Source of the DNA: a virus
Length of the DNA: 61,983 nt
Virus record (IMG/VR): IMGVR_UViG_3300045004_000088
Location: 192,001-253,983 of that record
Direction: 5' to 3' (one strand)
The position numbers and the translations under genes are program-made. This document shows positions 54,849-61,983 of this stretch, piece by piece. The stretch's first letter is position 1. Every line of letters begins with the position of its first letter. Under the pieces are notes generated by a model. The model ran no database searches. It worked only from the letters and a program-made list of their open reading frames with translations, and was not told the DNA's origin.

Positions 54849-55328
54849 ATGACGAACAGTTTCGCGGGCTTCAGAGCCTTCCTTGAGAAGTTCGAGCCGC
54901 AGTCCGATAAGGACAAGGACGCTGCGAAGGACCGAATCAACGGAAAAGACAAGTCGATGGACTACCTCGGTGGACTCCAACGCGAGTTGGGCATCAGGAA
55001 GGCCAGCACCCTTGCCAAGATCATTCGCACCACGCCGGAAGTTCCGGCGGGGATGCAGATAGACGGTCTTGATGCGAAATACGTTCCTGTCAAGTTCGAC
55101 CCGAACCTGCGTGGCGGCTCCATGCAGGTTCTCCCAGTGGGCAACGTGATGGTCGCTTCTAAGGACGGACGCGACGTACCTCCCGACAAGATCGACCGCA
55201 GCAGAAAGCGTGTGAAGAGATCGGGTATTGTGAAAACCCTTGAACGTGGTTGGGGTCCGGCTGTCGCGGCAGCAGCCGCACGGGATGCCGCCGGTGGCGG
55301 TGGCGCTCCTCCGATGCCGGGCATGTAA
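54849..55328 (+). CDS. hypothetical protein with Ala/Gly-rich C-terminus
   Basis: Internal ATG near AGAGG. Confidence 0.4.
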   Translation: MTNSFAGFRAFLEKFEPQSDKDKDAAKDRINGKDKSMDYLGGLQRELGIRKASTLAKIIRTTPEVPAGMQIDGLDAKYVPVKFDPNLRGGSMQVLPVGNVMVASKDGRDVPPDKIDRSRKRVKRSGIVKTLERGWGPAVAAAAARDAAGGGGAPPMPGM

Positions 55329-55338
55329 AAAGGAACTA

Positions 55339-55578
55339 ATGAGAACATTCAAAGACTGGCTCGCAAATGTCGAGAGCAACGTTTCCGCTGAAACATCCAC
55401 AAGCACGGGCGACGTTGCGGGCAACCCCTTCGGTGCGGGCATCCAGCATTACAACCCTAGCCGGGACCAGTACGGCCTCCTCAAGAAGAAAAAAAAAGAC
55501 GGAAGCGAAGAGGGGCTAGGCGGTCAGGTGATTCCGATGCGATTCACCGGCGGTAAACCGGCCGGCAGCCGCGAGTGA
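55339..55578 (+). CDS. hypothetical protein (79 aa)
   Basis: RBS AAAAAGGAA before the ATG. Confidence 0.45.
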   Translation: MRTFKDWLANVESNVSAETSTSTGDVAGNPFGAGIQHYNPSRDQYGLLKKKKKDGSEEGLGGQVIPMRFTGGKPAGSRE

Positions 55579-55582
55579 CTAT

Positions 55583-55609
55583 AATGCCTCCGTCAAAAAC
55601 GGAGGCATT
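55583..55609 (+). other. hairpin AATGCCTCCGT-CAAAA-ACGGAGGCATT
   Basis: 11-bp perfect stem after the gene; no T-tract. Confidence 0.4.
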
Positions 55610-55619
55610 AGTTATTGGC

Positions 55620-55955
55620 ATGAACGAACAGAACGACGAAAAGCTCGCCGAACAGGTCGTCTGGGGGCAGAAGAACCTCGACCGCGTCAACTGGATCTGG
55701 GAACACATCGAAAAAATCTGGGACGGCTACCGGGAAGCTCGGACCAACCAGTCGCTCGAAGCCGCTCAGAATTTTGCGGCTTGTCAAAACAAAGAAATTG
55801 CTTTACGCTATCCCGAATACCGAATCGGCGTGAGAAGGCTTCTCATGCTGCTAGAAAAGCGTTTCCAACAAGGAGCCGAGCATGTCCGAGAACACCACTG
55901 CGGAACAGTACGATGTGATGACTCTCCTGCCCAACAAAACGATCAAACTGCTTGA
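55620..55955 (+). CDS. hypothetical protein (111 aa), 3' end overlaps thyX
   Basis: Internal ATG after the hairpin. Confidence 0.35.
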   Translation: MNEQNDEKLAEQVVWGQKNLDRVNWIWEHIEKIWDGYREARTNQSLEAAQNFAACQNKEIALRYPEYRIGVRRLLMLLEKRFQQGAEHVREHHCGTVRCDDSPAQQNDQTA

Positions 55956-56790
55956 CTACGGTCACGCAACGCTGGTTGACTGCATGCCCCGTTTCGCGCC
56001 GGTCGGGTACACCGCCGACGCCGCCATCGTTCAGGCCGCTCGCGTTTCCTACGGCGACGGCACCAAGAAACTCTCCGAGGATCGCGGGCTGATCCGCTAC
56101 CTGATGCGGCACAGTCACACTACGCCGTTCGAGATGGTCGAGTTCAAGTTCCACTGCAAGATGCCGATTTTCGTGGCGAGACAATGGATCAGGCACCGTA
56201 CCGCGAACGTGAACGAGATCAGTGGTCGGTACTCGGTCATGAAGGACGAGTTCTACAAGCCGGACGCGGCCGGCATCCGCCGACAGTCCAAGACGAACAA
56301 ACAGGGCGGCGACACGCCTATCGACTTCGATACCGCCGCCGACTACCTCGCGTATCTGGATGAGGTCTGCATCAAGGCGTACCAGACCTACGAGAAGTAC
56401 ATCGGCGAAGGTGTCAGCCGTGAGCAGGCGCGTATGATCCTGCCGCTCAACCTGTACACCGAGTGGTACTGGAAGATTGACCTCCACAACCTGTTCCACT
56501 TCCTGAGCCTCCGGTGTGACGCTCACGCACAGGAAGAAATCCGCGTCTTCGCCAACGCGATGCTAGAATTGATCAGCCCGCTCGTTCCGTACTCCGTCGA
56601 GGCGTGGAACGACTACCACTTCCGTCGTCAGGGACTGATCCTGACGCGGCTCGAAGTAGAAGCTCTCAGGAAGATGCTCGGTGATTCTACGCCGCTGCAA
56701 ATCGAGAGCGACAACAGCCGCGAGAAGGAAGAGTGGAAAGGCAAACTGGCCCGTCTGGGGATACAAAAACCGTTCGAGGAGAAATCATGA
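55882..56790 (+). CDS. thyX: flavin-dependent thymidylate synthase ThyX
   Basis: ThyX motif RHRTANVNEISGRYS; RBS GGAG. Confidence 0.9.
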   Translation: MSENTTAEQYDVMTLLPNKTIKLLDYGHATLVDCMPRFAPVGYTADAAIVQAARVSYGDGTKKLSEDRGLIRYLMRHSHTTPFEMVEFKFHCKMPIFVARQWIRHRTANVNEISGRYSVMKDEFYKPDAAGIRRQSKTNKQGGDTPIDFDTAADYLAYLDEVCIKAYQTYEKYIGEGVSREQARMILPLNLYTEWYWKIDLHNLFHFLSLRCDAHAQEEIRVFANAMLELISPLVPYSVEAWNDYHFRRQGLILTRLEVEALRKMLGDSTPLQIESDNSREKEEWKGKLARLGIQKPFEEKS

Positions 56791-57239
56791 GCGAAAGAGC
56801 AGGCAAGTGGCAACTCGCGTTGTCCGTGCTGATTCTGTTGAGTGTCGGCTTCATCATCTACCGAAGCTTCCACCCGTTGGCGTTCTCAAGCGATTACTCG
56901 CCGACGAACGACCAAGTCACCACGGACATCATCGGGAAGTCCGTGGCCTTGCCACAAGGACAGGTCTGGGGGTTCAACCCGGATCAACGACTCGATGTCA
57001 AGGTCATCGGCCGTCGTCAGGTTGATTACGACGGCGTCGTGGTGACAGTCGAACTGAACGCTTCGGTCAATTTCCCGCCCCCGCCAAAAGAAGGCCCGAA
57101 CGCGCCGAAGGCGGGCGATCCGCCGCCGCCCAAGAAAGCGACATTGAGCGGGATGGCGAAGGTGTACTACGAGAGGCACAACGGGGCGTGGTACTGTACC
57201 AACGTCGAAGGCATCAACCTAAAAGTACAGGCCGAGTGA
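56787..57239 (+). CDS. membrane-anchored protein with Pro-rich segment
   Basis: ATGA overlap with thyX; TM helix LALSVLILLSVGFIIY. Confidence 0.5.
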   Translation: MSERAGKWQLALSVLILLSVGFIIYRSFHPLAFSSDYSPTNDQVTTDIIGKSVALPQGQVWGFNPDQRLDVKVIGRRQVDYDGVVVTVELNASVNFPPPPKEGPNAPKAGDPPPPKKATLSGMAKVYYERHNGAWYCTNVEGINLKVQAE

Positions 57240-57442
57240 TGTGCGTCCGAACCTGCTACTACCTAGTTTGCACGAACTGTAACAATCAGTTCATCGACCG
57301 TCAGTACGGCTCGTACTTCAGCAGCGAGGAAGAGGCGAAAGAGCAGGCGAAGACGAGAGGATGGAAAACGGACCAGAGGGTCGAAAACGGGTCACTCTGG
57401 GACTTCTGTCCGAGATGTCAAAAAGAAAACCCCGGCGATTAG
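57239..57442 (+). CDS. zinc-ribbon protein (67 aa)
   Basis: TGATG overlap with the previous gene; CxxC...CPRC. Confidence 0.45.
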   Translation: MCVRTCYYLVCTNCNNQFIDRQYGSYFSSEEEAKEQAKTRGWKTDQRVENGSLWDFCPRCQKENPGD

Positions 57443-57459
57443 GCCGGGGTTTTCTTTTT
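57430..57459. terminator. bidirectional terminator CCCCGGC-GATTAG-GCCGGGG followed by TTTTCTTTTT
   Basis: Between convergent genes. Confidence 0.75.
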
Positions 57460-57470
57460 GTTGCACTGGA

Positions 57471-58328
57471 TCAGCGACGGATGTTCACGCGGGTGCCGCC
57501 GAACAAACCTTGACGAACGACCACGTTGTTTCCACCGACTTGGACGCGGTTGCCGAACAGACCCTGACGGACCACGACGTTGTTGTTTCCAACGGCCACG
57601 CGGTTGCCGAACAGACCCTGACGAACGACCACGTTATTGCCGCCACCGACGACCACGTTATTGCGGCCGACTGCAACCACGTTGCGACGAACCACAACCG
57701 GGTTGGCGACCGCAACTACGTTGCGACGGACCACGACGTTGTTGGCGAACGCTACGCGGTTGACCACGACGGCGTTGCCGAATCCGACGTGGCTCGCACC
57801 GAAGGTGCTGAAGCCGTAGTTCGGGGCTGCCGCGAAGGATGTCCCGTAGGTCGGGGCTGCGAAGGCCGTTCCATAGGTCGGGGCTGCGAAGCTGACTGAC
57901 GGGCATGCCGGGGCTGCGAAAGGAGCGGCCATCGGGTAGTTCGGGGCTGCTGCGACCGGCGGGCATACGCAAGCCGGGGCTTCAGCCGCCGGTGGGATGT
58001 ACGGGATCGGAGCCGCTGCTACCGGCTGTGCGCACGGGACCGGAGCCGCGAACGGAACCGGGACGGCGTAAGGGACTGCATACGGTACTGCTGCCACAGC
58101 TACGTTGTGGCCGTACCCGCCGAATGCGAAGTTGTTGTGCGACGAGAACGCTACGCGGTTCACGGCGACAACCGGGGCCGCAACAGCCACACGGCTGACG
58201 ACGACGGCGTTGTTGTTACGAACGACGACTCTGTTGCCCACACGGAGGCCGTTGTGAGCCTGCGCCACCGATGCAGATCCGAAGACCACCGCAGCGACCA
58301 GAGCTAGTGAGGCGAAAAGCTTCTTCAT
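57471..58328 (-). CDS. secreted repeat protein (signal peptide; NNVVVRQGLFGNRV repeats; Ala/Pro-rich middle)
   Basis: Signal peptide MKKLFASLALVAAVVFGSASVAQA; tandem DNA repeats of about 39-42 bp at 57480-57800. Confidence 0.55.
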   Translation of the reverse strand: MKKLFASLALVAAVVFGSASVAQAHNGLRVGNRVVVRNNNAVVVSRVAVAAPVVAVNRVAFSSHNNFAFGGYGHNVAVAAVPYAVPYAVPVPFAAPVPCAQPVAAAPIPYIPPAAEAPACVCPPVAAAPNYPMAAPFAAPACPSVSFAAPTYGTAFAAPTYGTSFAAAPNYGFSTFGASHVGFGNAVVVNRVAFANNVVVRRNVVAVANPVVVRRNVVAVGRNNVVVGGGNNVVVRQGLFGNRVAVGNNNVVVRQGLFGNRVQVGGNNVVVRQGLFGGTRVNIRR

Positions 58329-58384
58329 AATTCTCCTTGTGTGAGTGAAGTTCTCTCTGAAGTTATGTATGCCGCTGCGGTCAA

Positions 58385-59158
58385 TTATCGACCGTTAAGC
58401 CACTCCCTCAGATACTGACGCTCCTCATCCGTGATTTTGTAATTCGACTGTTTCGGTGGCATTCTGCCTGCTTCCACCTCTGACAACATGGACTTGAACG
58501 GTGCGTCTGGGTTCAACACATTGTGCTGGTTGAAAATGACGACATCGCCTTTCGACCCCGGCCCAGTGTGACACGACATGCAGTTACGCGCGAGTGCGTT
58601 AATAGACGGCTGTGCCAGCGGGCTACGCGGGTTCGGGCGAGAAGCGAGCGGCGGCTGCGGGTTGCCGGTATTGGTCGGAGCCGGGTAGATCGCCATCGGC
58701 GGTCCATCGTCTTCGCCGTTGGCGGCAGCGTCTTGACGACGCATTTCTTCGAGCAGCAATTTAGCCAGTTCCCTGAGCTTGTCGTTGCTGTTGAAGGCAC
58801 CGGGGAAGCTCGGCTGAGGCTGTGCCGGCTGCTGGTACGGGCCGTGGTATTGCGGCATGCCCGGCATGGTCGGCTGACCGCCGTATGAGTGATAGCCGAA
58901 CCCCGGCTGAACACCTACTGGCGGAACGTACTGGTATGTGAAGGCCGGGACCACAATCGGCACAGCGACAGGAACGGCCACAGGGGTGATGATCTCGGTC
59001 GCGACCACATCGTGGTGCGGCTTGGTAACGACGACTGGGGCAGGGGTGCAGACGGTGTTGCCACGCACCACCACGCCATTTCTGCATTGCGCGTTCACAG
59101 TGGAAGTGAACGCTAACATCAGGACTACGCCTGACAGCATTCCGATGAGTGTTCTCAT
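58385..59158 (-). CDS. secreted cytochrome-c-like protein with CxxCH (Planctomycete PSCyt-type)
   Basis: Signal peptide; CMSCHTGPG; RBS AAGGAG. Confidence 0.55.
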   Translation of the reverse strand: MRTLIGMLSGVVLMLAFTSTVNAQCRNGVVVRGNTVCTPAPVVVTKPHHDVVATEIITPVAVPVAVPIVVPAFTYQYVPPVGVQPGFGYHSYGGQPTMPGMPQYHGPYQQPAQPQPSFPGAFNSNDKLRELAKLLLEEMRRQDAAANGEDDGPPMAIYPAPTNTGNPQPPLASRPNPRSPLAQPSINALARNCMSCHTGPGSKGDVVIFNQHNVLNPDAPFKSMLSEVEAGRMPPKQSNYKITDEERQYLREWLNGR

Positions 59159-59187
59159 TTGTTCTCCTTCATAGGGGGACACCCTAT

Positions 59188-60885
59188 TTACTTGTTTGGC
59201 GCTTTTTCTGGAACGACTACTCGTGGAACTTCTCCCGGCCTCAACTTCGAGGCCACCACGATCAACATGAAGTTCTGGAAAGATTCCTCGAACTGGTCAC
59301 GTCTTACGGCTCTGATCGGCTTCCTAAGAAGGCCGAGCATTACCGGGTCGTTCGACAATTTCAACAGTGCGTCCAACTGCGGCATTGTCAGCGAACACTC
59401 TCTCGCAACGTCCTCTTTTGTGATCAGGTGTTCGATGTAGCCGTCGTAGATCTCGGCGTAGAACTTTGCATTTTGCGCCGGCTTCAGCCCGTTCGTCAGG
59501 CCGATAGCGTCGGCAAACAACTGCATGTCTTTCACCACCTGTTTGTCCAAATCGGACGAAAACAGGTCATCGATCTTGTAAGCATCTTTTTCTTTGGTTA
59601 CCAACAACCGCACGCCGTCGTGATTCGGATTCCACCTGTTCAACGCACGCACTTCGTCGTCAATTGGTTTAATACCTTCTGCGTGGCAGATCATGCACGA
59701 GCGGCCGTTTCGCACCACACCGTCAACTGCGGTGCTGTCTTTTGCAATGTTGATAGGTGCCTCGTCCTGACGCTCGAACTTGTTATTAGCCAAGAAGTAA
59801 GCTTGGAGTCCGTTCGGTAGAGAGCAAATGAACTCGCCCGCGTCGAATTTGTCATCGAGCAGGTGGGTGAGGGACTTGTTGCCCTTGATGCTGTTCAGTG
59901 TGTCGAAGGTTTCCCAGTAATAGCCGCCCGTGAACGTCGGGCTGCGTCTGGCGCGGCGGTTGTTGCGGGTGACGCCGGACTGAATGATGACGGCGCGATC
60001 CTGACCGCGAGCTTCCTCGGCTTTCTTCGGGTCGGCGAACGCGAACTTCTCGAAGTCAGAGAGTTTGTCTCCCAGTTTCAGGAAGTTGTAGTAGGCCGGT
60101 GCGACCGTGGCGTAACAGATGAACCAGTCCGCACGCACGATGGGCGACTGCGACTGTGTCAACTTCATGAACTCGCCCATGATGTCGGCTTGGAGCCACG
60201 GTGCGCTACCGAGTTTCTCCTTGACGTTTTTCAGGTTTACGGGAATTCTGACATCGACTTCTTCTTCGACCTCTTCGATGACTTCTTCCGTGACTTTTCT
60301 TTTTTCGTAGTACGGCTGTCCGGTTCCGACGATGGTGCCTACCTGCACGTCCTTTTCGACCGTTTTGGTGACCTTCTTCTTGACGAGTTGTTTTCGTTTC
60401 TCGACTTTGTATTCGACTTCGGCCGAGTTGATCAAGAGGGTGTGGAAGTATGGTTCGGGGAACGGCCGGACACCGCTACCTTCGAGGGCCAGTTTTTCCC
60501 ACGCATCGTGAGGCCAGTCGTAATCTTTGATGTTGATACGGACAACGGTTTTGTCGCTCGCCCCGACGAAAACGGGGATGTAGATCTTCTTTCGCGTGCT
60601 GAGTGAGTTGCACACGAACGAGAGGATCTTTGCGCAGTCGTCACGTTTCGCCGCCGGAACGTTGTAGAGGGAGAAATACCTCATATTCGGCTGGAGTTCC
60701 GGTGGCAGGGTCTTTAGATCCGCCATCGCGAACAGCATCGAGCTTTCCGGGGTGTAGATTTTCTCTTCCACGATTGCGGCCGGCTGTTCAGGCACCGGCT
60801 GCGGGAACGGTGCTACTGGGGGTTGACCCAGTAGCACCGTTGCGAGGCCCAAAGACAGCAAAATGGCAAGAAATGGCTTTTTCAT
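59188..60885 (-). CDS. secreted protein with CxxCH heme-binding motif (CMICH)
   Basis: Signal peptide MKKPFLAILLSLGLATVLLG; RBS AGAGGAAAG. Confidence 0.55.
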   Translation of the reverse strand: MKKPFLAILLSLGLATVLLGQPPVAPFPQPVPEQPAAIVEEKIYTPESSMLFAMADLKTLPPELQPNMRYFSLYNVPAAKRDDCAKILSFVCNSLSTRKKIYIPVFVGASDKTVVRINIKDYDWPHDAWEKLALEGSGVRPFPEPYFHTLLINSAEVEYKVEKRKQLVKKKVTKTVEKDVQVGTIVGTGQPYYEKRKVTEEVIEEVEEEVDVRIPVNLKNVKEKLGSAPWLQADIMGEFMKLTQSQSPIVRADWFICYATVAPAYYNFLKLGDKLSDFEKFAFADPKKAEEARGQDRAVIIQSGVTRNNRRARRSPTFTGGYYWETFDTLNSIKGNKSLTHLLDDKFDAGEFICSLPNGLQAYFLANNKFERQDEAPINIAKDSTAVDGVVRNGRSCMICHAEGIKPIDDEVRALNRWNPNHDGVRLLVTKEKDAYKIDDLFSSDLDKQVVKDMQLFADAIGLTNGLKPAQNAKFYAEIYDGYIEHLITKEDVARECSLTMPQLDALLKLSNDPVMLGLLRKPIRAVRRDQFEESFQNFMLIVVASKLRPGEVPRVVVPEKAPNK

Positions 60886-60922
60886 TCTTTGTCTTTCCTC
60901 TGCGGCATTGGGCCGCATTCAC

Positions 60923-61603
60923 TCACAGCACAACGCCGGGGTGTACGTTTGGATCTACTGGTGCCGGGGCTGGTGTCGGGACCGGCATCGGCTCTGGGGA
61001 CTTCGGGGTCAACGCCTTTGTGATCGCGTCGATCAATGCTTGCACCAACTGTGGCCCGTACTTCTGGATCAGGGACAGTAGCAGGTTTTGGATCGCGGGC
61101 ATCAGAGCCTTGATGATCGACTGCCACACGTTCGGGTCGAGCTTCAGAGGCTCTGCGAACTTTTTGTCCGGCTCCACGCCGGTCACAGCCTTGATGATGG
61201 CATCGATCAGCATCTGAATCAACTGCGGGCCGTACTTCTCGATCAACTGCGGCAGCATCTTCTGGATGATTTGTTCCAGAAGCTGGCCGTCGAACAGTTT
61301 GCCGACGTTGGCGTCGATGACCGTGCCTTCGCCGACCACGATTCCGCTGTCGCCGACTGCGGCCATGCCCATCGGGGCCACTGACATATTCTTGTTGAAC
61401 AGATCAGTCAAGAACTGGAGAACGGCCGGGCCGAGCTTGTTGAACGTGTCGAGAATCCACGCGGCGTTGAACCCGTTGCGTGCCGCCTCGATCATCAGGG
61501 CAAGCACGTCCGAGCCGTGCTTTTCGAGAATGTCGGCAACCGTGCCGCCATCGAATCCGAAATTCGCTGCGGATTCCTTCAGCGTTTCCACTGTGTCTGA
61601 CAT
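60923..61603 (-). CDS. hypothetical protein with internal 24-aa repeat (LPQLIEKYGPQLIQMLIDAIIKA)
   Basis: ATG after AAAGGTG RBS, which lies inside a tandem repeat. Confidence 0.5.
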   Translation of the reverse strand: MSDTVETLKESAANFGFDGGTVADILEKHGSDVLALMIEAARNGFNAAWILDTFNKLGPAVLQFLTDLFNKNMSVAPMGMAAVGDSGIVVGEGTVIDANVGKLFDGQLLEQIIQKMLPQLIEKYGPQLIQMLIDAIIKAVTGVEPDKKFAEPLKLDPNVWQSIIKALMPAIQNLLLSLIQKYGPQLVQALIDAITKALTPKSPEPMPVPTPAPAPVDPNVHPGVVL

Positions 61604-61608
61604 AGTTT

Positions 61609-61648
61609 CACCTTTTCTAATAGAGTGTCACCTTTTCTAATAGAGTGT
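61609..61648. repeat. perfect 20-bp tandem direct repeat (caccttttctaatagagtgt x2) in the 5' UTR and RBS of the gene at 60923..61603
   Basis: Exact duplication. Confidence 0.8.
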
Positions 61649-61983
61649 CAACCGCTGACAACTGGTACGTCGTCTTCGGGATTCGAGTCTTGTGGATCGT
61701 CGTATGCCGACTGGATGGCAAATGCGTCCGGGTGCATCTGGTTGAAGTGTTCCCGACGCAGGTATGCGTACCCGCCGATGCCGAAGTTTGTCCCCCACGA
61801 GTTCTGGATCTTGATCGTCCAGCCGTATCGCGGGTGCTGCTTGATGCCGACGCCGAGGATGCAGTGTCCCCCACCGCCGCTCCTGTAAAGAGGGCAGACG
61901 CCGTTGCTGTCTACGTTGGCAAAATCGTCGCCAACCATGATTCCGAGCGGGCAGCAGAAGCCGAGGTTGATGGCTTGGCAGAT
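61648..61983 (-). CDS. papain-like C1 cysteine peptidase, C-terminal part (5' end beyond the window)
   Basis: GHCILGVGI (His) and NSWGTNFGIGGYAYL (Asn/Trp); the ORF is open to the window edge. Confidence 0.6.
   Translation of the reverse strand: MCQAINLGFCCPLGIMVGDDFANVDSNGVCPLYRSGGGGHCILGVGIKQHPRYGWTIKIQNSWGTNFGIGGYAYLRREHFNQMHPDAFAIQSAYDDPQDSNPEDDVPVVSG

Overview
This 62-kb window looks like part of a large, moderately GC-rich, T4-like or jumbo phage. It is densely coded and mostly plus-strand. It carries replication and recombination genes: a gp32-like single-stranded DNA-binding protein, a UvsX/RecA-like recombinase, a DnaB/gp41-like replicative helicase, Dda-like, SF2 and Ski2/Hel308-like helicases, and a family A DNA polymerase. 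It also carries nucleotide metabolism genes: ThyX, dCMP deaminase, dNMP kinase, a Pnk-like polynucleotide kinase and two NUDIX hydrolases. Translation-related genes are unusually frequent: a tRNA cluster (Ser-TGA, Phe-GAA, two Leu-GAG, Leu-TAA, Leu-TAG), a MetRS catalytic core with a separately encoded tRNA-binding domain, a truncated HisRS-like core, a ribosome recycling factor homologue, methionine aminopeptidase, and CsrA next to a dual-specificity phosphatase. Accessory genes include a GlpX fructose-1,6-bisphosphatase (an auxiliary metabolic gene, AMG), an amidoligase with 2OG-Fe(II) oxygenase and CAP-domain neighbours, and an HNH-cupin fusion. Mobile elements are present as HNH and GIY-YIG homing endonucleases sitting in lower-GC islands among the tRNAs. 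The most interesting structure is at about 47.7-51.1 kb: a 3-domain GT9 glycosyltransferase plus two methyltransferase modules, encoded directly upstream of two consecutive poly-Ser/Pro linker proteins with conserved Cys-rich modules. One of these has an in-frame TAG after which the repeat architecture continues. Together this suggests a phage-encoded O-glycosylation and methylation system for serine-rich repeat proteins. Also notable are non-canonical tRNA-like fragments (a T-arm followed by a GNRA hairpin), a tRNA-like element carrying a 48-nt insertion, a 0.9-kb gene-free structured region with iterons and group-I-intron-like motifs, and three apparent frameshifts at homopolymer runs, which may be sequencing artefacts. 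The right end (57.4-62 kb) encodes secreted CxxCH cytochrome-c-like and repeat proteins of Planctomycetes type and a papain-like peptidase, pointing to a planctomycete host or to acquired genes. All calls come from reading the sequence and motifs only; no searches were run.
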